This document shows positions 39,201-50,362 of a stretch of DNA of 64,000 bases, piece by piece. The position numbers were made by a program, and so were the translations under genes. Source of the stretch: a virus; the IMG/VR virus record IMGVR_UViG_3300012971_000018, positions 47,907 to 111,906 of that record; one strand, given 5' to 3'. Numbering within the stretch: position 1 is the first letter of the stretch; each line of letters begins with the position of its first letter. The notes beneath the pieces are model-generated. The model saw nothing but the letters and a program-made list of their open reading frames with translations, ran no database searches and was not told the DNA's origin.

Positions 39201-40735
39201 TTGGCAAGAACGTCTTTGATCTTACTCCGGCAGGTCCACGACAGCCGGCACCGTCTTGGACCCAGAGCTTCCCGCTGGAGACGTTCCAGCAGCTTCCCCC
39301 CGGCGTCCAATCGACCGATCTCGCCCGCGGCCCGATCCAACCAGACCGGGGCTTTACCGCTTTCTTCCCACGGGTCCTTAGTGGCCAGGACCAGCGCGCG
39401 ACGGGTACCCAGGTCTACGACCGCGCCCCGGTCGGACCGTTCCAGCCCGATCGCAGCTTTACATTCACATTCCCGCGCGTCCTTATCGGGCAAGACAAGC
39501 TACCGCCCGGTGCGCAATCGACCGATCTCGCCCGCGGCCCGATCCAACCGGACCGAGGATTTACCGCTTCCTTCCCGCGCGTCCTTATCGGGCAGGACCA
39601 GCTTCCGCCCGGCCAGGACGTCTTCGATCTCGCGCCTGCGGGACCCCGCCAGCCGACGACGATCTTTGCGGCGGCGCCAAGCCTCGCGCTAACGTCGGCG
39701 GTTCTCGCCCCGCCCGGTGCGGCGATCTACGATCTGGCGAAAGGCCCACCCCCGCAAGTTCCGTCGTGGACGTGGTGGTACCCGCTAGAGCTAATCGGCA
39801 AGGACCAGTTCCCGCCCGGCAAGGTCCTGTACGACCGCACGCCGATCGGTCCGCAGCCGCTTCTGCAAGTCTGGACGTACTACACTCCGCTTACGATCGC
39901 TCCGGTTATCCGTCCGTTCGTCCAGACGGACTGGCCGCCACCGCCCAGCGGCCCGATCCAGCCCAATCGTGGCTTTGCGTTCACATTCCCTCGCGAGCTT
40001 ATCGGTCAGGATAGGTTCCCGCCCGGCAAGCAGGTTTGGGACCCGGGCGTTGGCATTCCGTTAACCTCGTGGCCGCGGTTCTACAGCTTCTCGTTCCCGC
40101 TGGAGCTTATCGGCCGGGACAGGCTGCCGCCCGGCCGGCAGACGACAGAGCTAACCGGCCGGTATCCGTTCCCGACGGCGACGTTCTGGACCTGGAGCTT
40201 TAACCTTAATCTCCGCGGTCGCGACCAGCTCCTCGTCGGCGTCCAGCTTTACGATCTAACGCCACGCGACCCGCGCGGATTTGGGCTTACCTGGACGCAG
40301 CGTTTCGGGCTAAAGACCCTCCAAGGCCCGACGCCGTTTGCGCAATACGATTGGCCGTTAACACCCGCCGCGTTCCAGTTCAATCGTGGGTCTGCCTTTA
40401 CATTCCCACGCGAGCTAATTGGCAAGGACAAATTCCCGCCCGGCGTCCAGACCACCGACAGAACGCCGCGCGGCCCGCAGCCGCTGCTCCAGACTTGGTA
40501 CTACACCGAGCCGATCCCGAACTACCCGATAATCGGCCGGATAAAGCATATCTGCATGACGATAGCGGCGCAGACGACGACGACCGTCGTTGTTAAGGCG
40601 CTGCCGCCGAGTGTTACAGTAGCGGCACAGACGACGGCGACCGTCGTTATTAAGTCGCTGCCGCCGAGCGTTAGCGTGGCTCCGACGATTAATGTGGGAG
40701 TAACCATCGATGCCCCGGACGACAAATGCTCCTAA
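36248..40735 (+). CDS. 1495-aa Pro/Trp-rich tandem-repeat protein
   Basis: Many copies of WTWSY.LELIG.D.LP.G..VYDL...P; near-exact 114-bp DNA repeats at 36481, 36595 and 36709. Confidence 0.85.
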   Translation: MANIFRGPLYVKTWWPELQPPDNSLRTWTANYTLALFAPPPPVVSPQTVRAPLYIKVRWPEYEDNLRSWTWKYIPELIGRDRLPTGKQVYDLPPVAKYTRQVDLNTWTWKYNNLLIGRDRLPTGKQSYELPPVAKYTRQVDLNTWTWTYNNLLIGRDRLPTGKQYTDRPPPVYWYQTWTLNLLQGTLSITPVFPFVQTDWPLPRAPQQAAPSWTWSYNLNLVGKDQLPVGDQFFDTAKGPIQPDRGFTFTFPRELIGQDQLPPGENVFDPPPPPPPIPTLRTWVYSALLLLTAVGLPPGQQSTDRPQIAPPWRPETVQQNVLQSVLAPLPPGKQSVDLPPRDPREVRTWTWSYPLELIGQDQLPVGENVFDLTPTGPPKEWPRYWSWSYNLNLVGQDRFPAGKAVYDRPPIGPVPIPQSWTWSYSLELIGQDKFPPGENLFDLTASPLRPGLTWTASLNVAAQPAIPPGENVFDQTPVGPVPIPQSWAQSYLLTLIGQDRLPVGENVFELPPRDPREVRSWTWSFNLNLIGRDRLTAGAQVYDRPPVGPVPIPQSWTWSYNLNLVGKDQLPPGENAFDLWPAGPRQPAITWTSFVAEGVEVQPIGKASYDLAPRGYPPQVPSWAWWYSLELTGQDKLPVGKAIYDLTPKGPQPLLQVWTVSVNLAETIGAQIPPGGIIYDLARGPPPLVPSWAWWYALELIGQDQLPAGKAVYDLPPRAEDPFPRSLRSWTWSYLLELIGQDVLPPGENVFDLTPKGPAPLLQVWTQSLYVVAVTPPPLPPGANVYDLARGPAPLVPSWTWSYSLELIGKDQLPAGKAIYDLARGYPPQVPSWTWSYSLVLVGKDQLPTGKQVYDLAPRGYPPQVPSWTWWYPLELIGKDRLPAGMQVYDLAPVGPFQPARGYAAFFPRVLIGQDQLPPGEDVFDLARGPPPLVPSWTWFSTQAAAVVAPVGVAVTDLPRAPQQPALGQTSSFPLELVGQDQLPVGKNVFDLTPAGPRQPAPSWTQSFPLETFQQLPPGVQSTDLARGPIQPDRGFTAFFPRVLSGQDQRATGTQVYDRAPVGPFQPDRSFTFTFPRVLIGQDKLPPGAQSTDLARGPIQPDRGFTASFPRVLIGQDQLPPGQDVFDLAPAGPRQPTTIFAAAPSLALTSAVLAPPGAAIYDLAKGPPPQVPSWTWWYPLELIGKDQFPPGKVLYDRTPIGPQPLLQVWTYYTPLTIAPVIRPFVQTDWPPPPSGPIQPNRGFAFTFPRELIGQDRFPPGKQVWDPGVGIPLTSWPRFYSFSFPLELIGRDRLPPGRQTTELTGRYPFPTATFWTWSFNLNLRGRDQLLVGVQLYDLTPRDPRGFGLTWTQRFGLKTLQGPTPFAQYDWPLTPAAFQFNRGSAFTFPRELIGKDKFPPGVQTTDRTPRGPQPLLQTWYYTEPIPNYPIIGRIKHICMTIAAQTTTTVVVKALPPSVTVAAQTTATVVIKSLPPSVSVAPTINVGVTIDAPDDKCS

Positions 40736-41076
40736 GCGGCGTTAACTCCCAAATCCGCGGCAATTCGATTGGCTTTACCGTGACGTTCACGGATGCCAAC
40801 AACTTGCCGGTTTCGCCAGTAAGCGTAAACCTAACGCTGGCGTATATGAACTACGCGGCGCCAAACCCTCCTCCGGCGACGTGTGGAACCACCATTCCGG
40901 AGATCGTGCGGCAGACCCTGCCAATGACGCTTACGGGTCCGGGGACGTTTTTCGTCGCGTGGGACAGTTCCGTTGCCGGTCCAGGCAAGGTATCGTGGGT
41001 CGTGCAGTCGCAAGGCCCCGAGGCGGCGTGGGAAGGGTTCTTCCTGCTCGAAGCAAATCTGGCGAATGTAGCATGA
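40726..41076 (+). CDS. Small Ig-like virion protein
   Basis: GNSIGFTVTFTDAN..PV.P..V.L pattern. Confidence 0.55.
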   Translation: MLLSGVNSQIRGNSIGFTVTFTDANNLPVSPVSVNLTLAYMNYAAPNPPPATCGTTIPEIVRQTLPMTLTGPGTFFVAWDSSVAGPGKVSWVVQSQGPEAAWEGFFLLEANLANVA

Positions 41077-42161
41077 ACGGCATTTTCGTATGCGTCCCGG
41101 TCTGGGGCGAGAACCACGTAAACCGGCTGCTCGACGTCGCGATCCCATGCTTGTTGGCGGAAGGTAATCTGCCGACGCTCGCCCGCATCTACCGGGTCGC
41201 GATGGTTATCTACACCAACGAGTACGACGCCGAGGTGCTGCGGGCTTCGAGCAGAATGAAGGCGCTCGAAGCGGTTATCGACGTGGTCTACGAGACCTAC
41301 GGGCACAATCCCGCCGAGATGGTCCAGATACTCCACCCGGGTTTCGGACACGGTGGGACCGTAATGAAGATATGCCATAACTACGGCATCGTCCGGGCCT
41401 GGAAGGCCGGCTTCGGGCTATGCCCGATCGTGGCGGACGAGTTCTTCTCGAATGCCTGGGGCGAGACGATCCTGTACTGCCTTAAGACCGGCCGGCGCGC
41501 CGTTATGGAGGTCGGCTACGCGCTTCCCAACACATTCCTGGAAGTCCTCGACCGGCACCGCAAGGGCGATGTTATCTCGATCTCGCCACGGGATGCCTCT
41601 CGCGAGATGATTAAGCTTATTAATCCGCCTTCGATCGCCGAGCACGACGATCGCCAATGGCGGTTGCTCTGGGGGGCGCTCTCGGGCCACGGCTTCCTAA
41701 TGCGCCCGCACCACATCCCGGTCGACTTTATCTGGCCGACGAAGGGACCGGTGTGGTGCAATCGGAGCCAGGACAATGACTTTGCACACCAGGCGCTCGA
41801 TACGCCCAACGATGTTCTGCTAATTACCTCCTCGCTCCAGTCCGTTAACGGTGGCATCGAGGGCATGGGCAACTCCGCACCCCCAAAGCCGACATCGTGG
41901 GACGCTGCGCGGGCCGCTTGCGTTAACGCCGAGCTACAGGCGGTTTGGCTTAAGCACGCCTGCAACGATTGGCACAAGCAATGGATGTCGACGAATTTCT
42001 GGTGCGAGGATGGCGAGCTGGGCACGGACGAGCGCAAGTATATTGAAGACCATGCCGCCGCGGTTGTCGCCGAATGTTTCGTGCAATACGATAATCTAAT
42101 GGCTGGCCGTGGACGTGCCGAGATGCATGCGGCCGATCGCGAGATTAGCACTTGGTGGTGA
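41073..42161 (+). CDS. Hypothetical glycosyltransferase-like protein
   Basis: VPVWGENH...AIPCLLAEGNLP.L, IYT, ADEFFS. Confidence 0.5.
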   Translation: MNGIFVCVPVWGENHVNRLLDVAIPCLLAEGNLPTLARIYRVAMVIYTNEYDAEVLRASSRMKALEAVIDVVYETYGHNPAEMVQILHPGFGHGGTVMKICHNYGIVRAWKAGFGLCPIVADEFFSNAWGETILYCLKTGRRAVMEVGYALPNTFLEVLDRHRKGDVISISPRDASREMIKLINPPSIAEHDDRQWRLLWGALSGHGFLMRPHHIPVDFIWPTKGPVWCNRSQDNDFAHQALDTPNDVLLITSSLQSVNGGIEGMGNSAPPKPTSWDAARAACVNAELQAVWLKHACNDWHKQWMSTNFWCEDGELGTDERKYIEDHAAAVVAECFVQYDNLMAGRGRAEMHAADREISTWW

Positions 42162-42167
42162 ACACAC

Positions 42168-45100
42168 ATGGCGCTGCCTAGCTTTTCCAGCAACAAGGGC
42201 TGCTATGTAAATGGTAGGTGGCAGAGCGAGTGCGACCGGCAGGCTCGTGAATGGCTGCAAAAGCAAGGAGCTAAACAGCGCGAGGCATCGGTTACCAAGA
42301 ACGTAACTCTTGCTAATGGCAAGGTGCTGCCTAACAGAACGCTAAAGGACACGGTGTGGGACCTCCCGAGTGGCCAGACGGTTAAGCTTGAGTCCCATCC
42401 CGGAAGTTTTGGTAACCTAGCGGCTCCGAGAAGTGCCAGCACCCGCATTGTGGAAGCACCGCGCCATTTTTGGCGTGGAGGGGGCGACGAGATGGCTCCT
42501 AAAGAGGAAGCAGAGGACCTTGGCATCGGGGAGCTTTCCTCCACCGATATGGCGAAGTTTTCTGCGCTTCCGCGTGCGAAGAAGGCGCAGGTCGCCGAGC
42601 TTATGACCCAAGCGCGCAAGTGGAAGGACCGCGGCCAGGAGGCTCGCGCCAACACCTACATTCGCCAAGCCGAGGCGATCCTGGGACAGGACGGCTGGGC
42701 GCAGGATATCCCGTACCAGGTAACCCAGGGCAAAGAGGCCAAGGCCGCCGGCAAGTCCGAGGCCGACAATCCCTATCCGAAAGGCTCCAACCCTGCGCGC
42801 TTCTGGCGCGACGGCTTCCGCGATACCTGGGAAGCCCCCTATTCGCCCGGTGCCATGCCGGGCGGACGGGACGAAGAGCGCCCCGACGAGCTAAGGCACG
42901 CCGCGGGCGTAATGTTCATAGACCCCGAAGGCCAAGTCCTTCTTATGCGCCGGGCGGGCAATAGCGACCATAGCGGCGAATGGTCCTGGCCCGCGGGCGG
43001 GATGGAGGAGGGCGAAGGCCCCGAGGAGACTGCGTACCGCGAGGCCGGCGAAGAGACTGGATACCTCCCCGAGAATTTGAGCTTTATCCACCAGGAGACC
43101 TCGCCCGATAACGTCGACTTCGTTACGTTTGGCTCGCAGGTCGATGCCCCGTTTAGGCCCGAGCTAAACGACGAGCACGACGAGCACGGCTGGTTTCCGC
43201 TCGACCAGCTTCCCGAGAATGTGCACCCGGGCGTGCGTTCGCTGTTCGATGGGGATGCCGATCCCATGGCCGAATGGCAGAAGAAGAACCAGCCATGGAA
43301 GCTGCGCGAGCAGGAGCACGAGCTTCCGCCCGGGGGCGATCCCGAGGCGGAGGAGCGCGTTAACGAATACGCGCGCGCCGGCACGCCGAGGAAGGCGAAC
43401 GACGCGCCTACTATGAGCAAGGAAGAGGCCGGCTACATCGACGCGGCTCCCGGTCCGAGGTTCTGCCAGGATTGCACGATGTTCCGGGAGGGCGGCGCTT
43501 GCACGCTGGTCGAGGGCGATATCGCACCGAAGGGTTGTTGCGACCACTTCGAGGCCAAAGGGGCGAACGACGAAGAGCCGGAGATTATCGTCGACGACGA
43601 CTATGCGGATATTGAGGTCGACTCGGACCACGATGGCCCTTGGATGTCTTGCATGTCCAAGGACGGGACGAAGATGTACGTTAATTCCAATCTCCCCGAC
43701 GAGGTCGATATCCTTGGCACCAAGGTCGACCCGGTTAACGTTCTGCTCCGGCACGAAGCCCCCGAGTGGCAGGACCTGCGGGAGCGGATCGAGGAGTTTA
43801 AGCTGGAGCACGGCCGCGAGCCGAAGACGTCCGAGCGCGAGCAGATTTATCTAAAGGCACACAACGCCGCCGGAACGCCGAACGAGCGCGCCTACTGCAA
43901 AGAGCAGGGCATTGATTGGGATGCCTGGTCGGCTTGGTGCCGCGGCCAGGAGTCGAAAATCGAGAATATGGAGCCGAAGAACATGCCGGCCGACGCCGAT
44001 GTCTGGCCGGTCCGGCACTACCATGGCGACCTCGAAGTAACGATGGACAGCTACGTTACGGTCGATATGGAGGAGGAGGACTTGGAGGAGGCCGAGGACT
44101 TGCCGCTCGGCCAGCACCAACAGGAGACCGACTTCCTTAGAAAGTACCGCGCTGGAAAGCGCGGGGTCGAGGGACTTAGCATTCTTGGCCGCAGGCCCCC
44201 GCCGCCACCCGAAAGATTGCACCATACGCAGAAGCACATAGAACATAGTGGCCATCTTGAGCGAAAGGGGGCGTACCGGTTCGATCCGCTGTTTGCCGGC
44301 GATGCTGGCGAGGACACATTTATTACGGTTATGGGCGGCGACTTGTCGATGGTCGATGCCACGACCGGGCGTGCGCTGGGTACGCTCTCGCGCGTTGGCG
44401 TATGGAAGTACGATCCGTCCAGTGGACAACATCGGGTGGTCGAGGTCTCCAACGATCTCGGCGCAATGCAGCACAAGTATGGAGTACCGGACCAGAACGT
44501 ACACCACCAGGGATCGGACGAGGCGATCGATGAATTCCGCGAGGAAGAGCACAAGCGCGACCAGGGTGGGAAGTTTAGCTCTACAGGTGGCGGTGGCGGT
44601 GGCGCAGTGGCTGGCGGCCCACCCAAGCAAAACAAGGCGGGATTTAAGCGTGCTGCCGGGTATGGAGCGCCAACCCAAAAGCCCGCGGCCCCATCGCCCG
44701 CGAAGGCCGAACAAAAGGCACCCGAGGTAGCGGCGCCCAAGAAGATTTCCGAGAAGGTTAAGGCGGCCCCCAAGCAGGTTGCGCAGAAAGCCGCCACCGC
44801 GATTAAGCAGAAGAAGGAGAAGGTTAAAACCTTATTGAATAGCAAAGAGGCGCGCAAGGAATTGCGCAGCCATTTAACACATGAATCGCTGCACCATGTG
44901 GGCAAGATCGCCGAGGGCATGGCCTACAAGGCGGCGGTTGTCCCCGCTGTCCATCTGGCCATGGAGCACATCCTTCCGCACCTGGGGCTGCATGGCTCGG
45001 GGGCGATGTTTACGGCGGTTGGGGTGGGTGCCTACGCCGTCCACCATCTTATGGACAAGCTGCACATCGACAGCCACGGCGCCACGAAGCTTCTAGTCGC

Positions 45101-46985
45101 TGGCGCGAAAGGACTGGTTAAGGCGATCCAAGGTCTCCGCGAAGTTTCCGGCGAAGCCCATTCCCAGGCGCGGGCCAAGGTGCCGTACTCGCACGACGCG
45201 GCGGACGATTACGCCGACATTCTCCAGTCCTTGCAGGAGCTAATTAAGCTGCTCGAAGACGATCCCGACGAGGTTATTAACGCCGAGCCGGCCGATCTCG
45301 ACGAGGAGGAGGAACCCGGGGAGGATAGCCTGGGGCATGACTCGGCGCTCGCAATGGACCGCATCCCGGACCGCCACAAGTCGCTCTTCCTTGCGCGACG
45401 GGTCGGTATCCAATTTGCTTTCGACGATAACGAGAGCCAGCGTTCGCTCGACAAGGACGGCCGGCTCCACGTCGCGATATCGCCGATTAGCAAGGCCAAC
45501 ATCTGCCCCTATATCGGCCACGAGATACCGGGCTACCAAGAGCTGGGGCTGGAGGCCGACAAGGTCTACAAGCTGCTGCGCGATCCGCGCGAGCTGGCCA
45601 AGGCGGTTCCGACCTTTAACGGAATTCAAATCCTGCAAAAGCACATCCCGGTAAACTCCGAGGACCACCAGCCCTACGACGTTATCGGCGCGACCGGGAC
45701 CGACGCCAACTTCGCGCACCCGTACCTAACGAACTCGCTGCACATCTGGCCGCAGTTTGCCATTAACGATATCGACAAGAAGGTAAAGCACCAGCTTAGT
45801 TCCGCCTATCGGTATACGCCGGACATGACCCCTGGGACGTACGAGGGCGAGCCGTACGATGGCGTTATGCGGGACATCGTCGGCAACCACGTCGCACTGG
45901 TCGAGGAAGGCCGGGCCGGCGACGACGTTGCGGTTAGCGATGCGCTGCCCGACGAGCTGCGCATGCTGGAGTTCGATGTTAACGCCTACGAATACGGTCG
46001 TGGGCTGCGGATGGCGCTCGACGAGGCGACGTTCCGCGAGGAAGACCATAAGCGGGACCAGGGTGGCAAGTTCTCCTCGACCGGTGCCGGCGGTGGGGCG
46101 GCGGCGAAGACCGAGGCCAAGACCGAAACCAAGACCGCGGAGAAGCCGGCCGAGAAGGCCGGGGGCGAGGCGCCCACAGCCCAGAAGTCGAATGGCGCCG
46201 CCAAGGAAGCAAGTACCGAGCCCGAGACCAGGGGCGAGCAGCTTCGTAAGAAATACAAGACCGAGGCGAACACGCCTAAATCCGCTGGCAAGGCGGGAAC
46301 GCACCCCGGCAAGGGCTATTCGAAGAACGCCAAGATCGACGACTACGGCACCATCCAGACCGACAATGTCGACGATGCGGCGCGTGCCTTGTGGGAGAAC
46401 AAGAAAGTCGAGCTTACCCAGGTAAAGCAGGTTAGCACGCTAATCGACAAGCTCGGCAAGATCGCAGCCCAATGGGAGAAGCACACCGGTTCGAAGAAGA
46501 AGTTCAATTTGTGCAACGTTAGCGTTAAGGGCACCAACCTGTTCTGCGCCGAGAGCCAGGGCATCCCGCGCGTTCGCATGCCGCAGTTTAAGGACAATGC
46601 CCACGCGCTGGCGTTCGTCGACTATCTAAAAGCCAAGGGCATAAAGACTGACGCCGGCACCGAGGTCGCCGCCAATCTTAAGGCAACGCAGGACGAGCTG
46701 GGCGCCACCAACGTTGCCGGGATTATGAAGGTCCTGCGCTCCGGCAACGATCCCACCGATCTGGCGGGACGGCCGCTTGTTATCTCGCGCGACGGCTATG
46801 TCGTAGACGGCCACCACACCTGGGCCGCGAAGCTCGGGATCGATGTGGCAGATGGCAAAACGGTCGATGGCAAGAAGATGAACGTAGAGCGTATTAATCT
46901 GCCGATTATTGAAATCCTGTACGAGGCCAACAAGTTTACCGGCAAGTCCGGCCGCAAGGCGATGGACAGGAGGCGGTACCTATGA
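42168..46985 (+). CDS. 1605-aa multidomain protein: NUDIX + HiPIP-like + DUF2213 prohead protease + ParB-like
   Basis: [22 protein letters not shown] (Nudix box); CQDC.MF...C.LV.G.I...GCC; [39 protein letters not shown] (DUF2213); [12 protein letters not shown]. Confidence 0.88.
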   Translation: MALPSFSSNKGCYVNGRWQSECDRQAREWLQKQGAKQREASVTKNVTLANGKVLPNRTLKDTVWDLPSGQTVKLESHPGSFGNLAAPRSASTRIVEAPRHFWRGGGDEMAPKEEAEDLGIGELSSTDMAKFSALPRAKKAQVAELMTQARKWKDRGQEARANTYIRQAEAILGQDGWAQDIPYQVTQGKEAKAAGKSEADNPYPKGSNPARFWRDGFRDTWEAPYSPGAMPGGRDEERPDELRHAAGVMFIDPEGQVLLMRRAGNSDHSGEWSWPAGGMEEGEGPEETAYREAGEETGYLPENLSFIHQETSPDNVDFVTFGSQVDAPFRPELNDEHDEHGWFPLDQLPENVHPGVRSLFDGDADPMAEWQKKNQPWKLREQEHELPPGGDPEAEERVNEYARAGTPRKANDAPTMSKEEAGYIDAAPGPRFCQDCTMFREGGACTLVEGDIAPKGCCDHFEAKGANDEEPEIIVDDDYADIEVDSDHDGPWMSCMSKDGTKMYVNSNLPDEVDILGTKVDPVNVLLRHEAPEWQDLRERIEEFKLEHGREPKTSEREQIYLKAHNAAGTPNERAYCKEQGIDWDAWSAWCRGQESKIENMEPKNMPADADVWPVRHYHGDLEVTMDSYVTVDMEEEDLEEAEDLPLGQHQQETDFLRKYRAGKRGVEGLSILGRRPPPPPERLHHTQKHIEHSGHLERKGAYRFDPLFAGDAGEDTFITVMGGDLSMVDATTGRALGTLSRVGVWKYDPSSGQHRVVEVSNDLGAMQHKYGVPDQNVHHQGSDEAIDEFREEEHKRDQGGKFSSTGGGGGGAVAGGPPKQNKAGFKRAAGYGAPTQKPAAPSPAKAEQKAPEVAAPKKISEKVKAAPKQVAQKAATAIKQKKEKVKTLLNSKEARKELRSHLTHESLHHVGKIAEGMAYKAAVVPAVHLAMEHILPHLGLHGSGAMFTAVGVGAYAVHHLMDKLHIDSHGATKLLVAGAKGLVKAIQGLREVSGEAHSQARAKVPYSHDAADDYADILQSLQELIKLLEDDPDEVINAEPADLDEEEEPGEDSLGHDSALAMDRIPDRHKSLFLARRVGIQFAFDDNESQRSLDKDGRLHVAISPISKANICPYIGHEIPGYQELGLEADKVYKLLRDPRELAKAVPTFNGIQILQKHIPVNSEDHQPYDVIGATGTDANFAHPYLTNSLHIWPQFAINDIDKKVKHQLSSAYRYTPDMTPGTYEGEPYDGVMRDIVGNHVALVEEGRAGDDVAVSDALPDELRMLEFDVNAYEYGRGLRMALDEATFREEDHKRDQGGKFSSTGAGGGAAAKTEAKTETKTAEKPAEKAGGEAPTAQKSNGAAKEASTEPETRGEQLRKKYKTEANTPKSAGKAGTHPGKGYSKNAKIDDYGTIQTDNVDDAARALWENKKVELTQVKQVSTLIDKLGKIAAQWEKHTGSKKKFNLCNVSVKGTNLFCAESQGIPRVRMPQFKDNAHALAFVDYLKAKGIKTDAGTEVAANLKATQDELGATNVAGIMKVLRSGNDPTDLAGRPLVISRDGYVVDGHHTWAAKLGIDVADGKTVDGKKMNVERINLPIIEILYEANKFTGKSGRKAMDRRRYL

Positions 46986-48040
46986 GGGTCGATCCGATTG
47001 CATATGGGCTTGGCCTCGCGCTTGCGATGGACCGGAAGGTTTGCAACATCTTCGGGGAATGTGTCGAGCAGAGCGAGGAGGCGGGCCGCAAAGAGGTCCA
47101 GCAGGCCAGGAAGGGGGAAAAGCAGCGGGAGAAGGAAGCCACGAAATATTTGAAGGGCAGGGACGCTCTCGCCCCCGAGCAGCAAAAGCCATTGGTAACG
47201 TGGAAGGTCGGCGACCCCGAGGATACCGAGCGCGTCGCGCGCGAAGTCGGAGTGCCCCCCGAGAAGCTCCACGAGATGGCGCGCAACTTCCACAACTACA
47301 AGGCCCACGATGCCGAGGAGACCGTCGTGCCCGCAGGCGGTGCCAATGCCGAGACCCATGGCGCCGCCCATGCGACCGAGCGTGCCGAGATCGCCGGCAA
47401 GACCGGCATTACCGGCGGTCCGCCGACGCGCCATCCGACCGACGGCGGCGGTGCGGGTCTTACGGCGACGGGGCACATGAAAGTCCCGGACAACATCGAT
47501 TGGCCGAGCAAGGATGCGGAGCCGGACCCACACGAAGAAGAGAAAGCCGGGATCGCCGCCGAGTGGCGGCGAAACAAGCGGGCCGCGGCGGATCGCGAGA
47601 GCGAGCTGTTGCGCGAGCCGGGTGAGGACCAGCGTCGGGAGCTAACGCACAACGAGTTGGCCGAGCTGTACAATCTTTACCATCTCGCTCGCACGGCGTT
47701 GGCGGGGGAAAGCCCATCCCAGTACGATCGTAAGCTCTGGGCCACCAAGGAGTTTGCAAAACTCCACCCGGATATCCCTTCCAAATGGATATATCTCGGG
47801 TTCGAACAATCCGGGCCGGGCAGGGACAGCATTGCTGGGGACGCCAAAGCGTTTCCTTCCTGGAAGGAGGCGCATACGGCTGCGGTCCAGTTAGCACGGC
47901 AATTGGGACGCGAAGTTGGTATCGAGCGGACCAAGGAATATGGCAAAGAGGTTTATTTGGTGCACCATCTGCCAAATCCTGGTAATCGCTACGGGTTCGA
48001 ATTAAGGGTCGAGGTGGTAAAGCCAACCGACCCCCTTTGA
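46982..48040 (+). CDS. Hypothetical multidomain head-associated protein
   Basis: ATGA-coupled; N-terminal LALAMD motif. Confidence 0.6.
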   Translation: MRVDPIAYGLGLALAMDRKVCNIFGECVEQSEEAGRKEVQQARKGEKQREKEATKYLKGRDALAPEQQKPLVTWKVGDPEDTERVAREVGVPPEKLHEMARNFHNYKAHDAEETVVPAGGANAETHGAAHATERAEIAGKTGITGGPPTRHPTDGGGAGLTATGHMKVPDNIDWPSKDAEPDPHEEEKAGIAAEWRRNKRAAADRESELLREPGEDQRRELTHNELAELYNLYHLARTALAGESPSQYDRKLWATKEFAKLHPDIPSKWIYLGFEQSGPGRDSIAGDAKAFPSWKEAHTAAVQLARQLGREVGIERTKEYGKEVYLVHHLPNPGNRYGFELRVEVVKPTDPL

Positions 48041-48154
48041 GAATTAGCAAATAGCTACTGCCACAAGGCAGAGCAATCTATCCGTTCCAGTTGGAAGCCT
48101 AACGTCAAGCCGCCGCTATCTATGGTCGTCGGCTAGTTCCACCATCATGGAGGT

Positions 48155-49114
48155 ATGCACATGGCGTCAAAGCACGTCGTGCTGACTCGGAAGGCGGCCA
48201 TGACCCTTGGCGCGCTTCACGGCTTCATCAAGCCGAAGTTGGCACAGGACGCAAAGCTCCCCAATCTGGTTCCCATTTTGGCGAAGCTTACGTCCAAGAA
48301 CTTTACGCAGCAGAAGCCCATCCTGCTTAAGGGTGTTACCGCTGCGCTCGACGGCAAGCTCGCCCAGGACGCTTCCGCGGAGGGCCTCGCGGCGCTCCTC
48401 GACGCGCTCGAAAGCGAGAAAGCCATGGACGATCCGCTCCCGCTGCAAACCGAGCCGAACGCCGGCATGCCCGCGGGACTGGAGGACAAGTCCATGGACG
48501 ACGACGGTCCCGACGCTTCTTCCCACGAGGCCATCAAAGCGTTTTTGCAGGACAAGTTGTCCCCCGAGGACATGGCCTCGATCGAGCAAATCCTTTCTGG
48601 CGAGGTAGGCGATGCCGAGCCCGAGGATGTTCCCGAGGCATCGCCAGGAAGCAAGAAGGCTTCCGAGGAAGGAGAGGACGAAGACATGGACGAGAAGGAC
48701 AAGAAGACTGCGAAGGATCGCCGCGGTGGTGCGAAGGACGAGCCGCCGCCCTTTAAGGGCAAGCCCGAGGTTGGCGGCGGGATGTCGCAGGACAGCGTAA
48801 ACGCAGCGATCCGCAAGGCAGTGGAGGCCGAGCGCGCGAGCGCGAAAGCCATCCGCGAGGCCGAGCGGTTCGTGCAGCCGTGGGTCGGCCAGATCGCCAT
48901 CGCGTGCGATACCGCCGAGGAGGTGTATGCCTCTGCGCTAAAGGCGTGCGGGATGACGGACCTTAAGGGGCTGCATCCGTCCGGCTACAAGGCGCTCCTG
49001 GAGCGGCTGCCGGTTCCCGGCTCGCAGAAGCCGGCCGCGCAGGCCATGGACAGCGCTTCGGTTTCCGACTTCGCGAAGCGGTTCCCCGAGGCCGCCCGCA
49101 TCAAAGTTTACTAG
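48155..49114 (+). CDS. Probable capsid scaffold protein
   Basis: KLAQDA twice, acidic linker, REAER.V.PWVG...AMDS...F..RFP; lies before the decoration and capsid genes. Confidence 0.7.
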   Translation: MHMASKHVVLTRKAAMTLGALHGFIKPKLAQDAKLPNLVPILAKLTSKNFTQQKPILLKGVTAALDGKLAQDASAEGLAALLDALESEKAMDDPLPLQTEPNAGMPAGLEDKSMDDDGPDASSHEAIKAFLQDKLSPEDMASIEQILSGEVGDAEPEDVPEASPGSKKASEEGEDEDMDEKDKKTAKDRRGGAKDEPPPFKGKPEVGGGMSQDSVNAAIRKAVEAERASAKAIREAERFVQPWVGQIAIACDTAEEVYASALKACGMTDLKGLHPSGYKALLERLPVPGSQKPAAQAMDSASVSDFAKRFPEAARIKVY

Positions 49115-49168
49115 GCCCCTCGCCTAGTCCGCCTTTCCAACCCATTCCAGACACGGAGGATTGCCCAC

Positions 49169-50290
49169 ATGAAGGGTAATATCCACAACTTCCTCATGCT
49201 TACCGGCGCCATTATCGACCACGAGGATGCCGATCGGTTGCGCTGGTGCTACGTCGGGGGCTTCCAGTCCCAGGTTAACGTCCAGCCCACTCCCGGCATC
49301 GAAGGCGACTTCGCCGGCTACGGGCCGCGGCGCATGGTCCTGGCAGGCCCCGGTGGCCTTACCGCGGGTCCGGCGGGATGCACCGTCGGGCGCTTCGCGT
49401 GGTGGGGCGGTGCCACCGATCCGGACGGTACGCCGTCCGATATCCAGTCGTCGTTCTGGGGCCAGCAGTTCCTGGGCGCGGCCACCCCGAACCAGCCCGT
49501 GGGCTTTATCCATCGCGAGCAGCAGGCGCTTATTACCACGTTCCTGGCCGATGCTTCGATGGTTATCCCGCCGGGTCTCGGGGTTACCGCAATGAACGAA
49601 GGGGACTTCTGGGTCCTTAACCGCGGCGTCGTTACGGCTATTCCGGGAATGAAAGCCTATGCCCGGTTTACCGACGGTGCCGTCCAGTTCAACAACCCCG
49701 GCACCCCGATTACGGCCGCCTCGATCTCGCAGGCGACCATTACCCCGGCGCTGGCGACGTTTACCGGCTCGATCGCCGGCAACATCCTAACCGTAACGGC
49801 GCTTACGTCCGGCACGTTAACGCCGGGCATGACGCTATCCGGCTCGGGTGGCTCGGCGACGATCGCGACCAACACGACCATTACCTCCCAGGTCTCCGGC
49901 TCGGCGGGTGCGGTCGGCGTCTACACGGTTAACATCGCCGGCCAGACCGTTCCCGGCTCGACCGGTACCGGACCGATTACGATCAATGGATCGGTAGGTC
50001 TCCTAAACGTCACTGGTCTTGCGTCCGGAACGTTGGGTGTCGGGCAGATACTCTCCGGAACGGGCGGTGGCGGTGTCGCCGCCAACACGACGATTACCGC
50101 GTCCAACACCAACAACCCCGGTCTCGGTCTTACCGGCGCGGGTGGAACGGGTACCTACTACGTTAACCCGTCGAGCACTGTTACGGCTGCGTCGATGTCG
50201 GCGCAGGGCAACATCGAGACCAAGTGGTTCGCGGCATCCACTGGAGCTGTGGGCGAGCCTGTCAAGATGACCTCGCAGCCCTACGGCTAG
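49169..50290 (+). CDS. Capsid decoration/cement-like structural protein with Gly/Thr-rich insert
   Basis: GFQSQVN.QP.PGIEGDFA, VGRFAW, GFIHREQQALIT, GDFW, ETKW. Confidence 0.75.
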   Translation: MKGNIHNFLMLTGAIIDHEDADRLRWCYVGGFQSQVNVQPTPGIEGDFAGYGPRRMVLAGPGGLTAGPAGCTVGRFAWWGGATDPDGTPSDIQSSFWGQQFLGAATPNQPVGFIHREQQALITTFLADASMVIPPGLGVTAMNEGDFWVLNRGVVTAIPGMKAYARFTDGAVQFNNPGTPITAASISQATITPALATFTGSIAGNILTVTALTSGTLTPGMTLSGSGGSATIATNTTITSQVSGSAGAVGVYTVNIAGQTVPGSTGTGPITINGSVGLLNVTGLASGTLGVGQILSGTGGGGVAANTTITASNTNNPGLGLTGAGGTGTYYVNPSSTVTAASMSAQGNIETKWFAASTGAVGEPVKMTSQPYG

Positions 50291-50362
50291 CCCGGCAAGC
50301 TAACCGTTCCCAATCCCCCAATAGGGTGCCGTTGGAGAACGGCACCCAACAAGGAGAGAGAA

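Noticed and set aside
36248-40735. Diversity-generating retroelement template/variable repeats
   Set aside because: No reverse transcriptase in the window, and repeat differences are not adenine-specific
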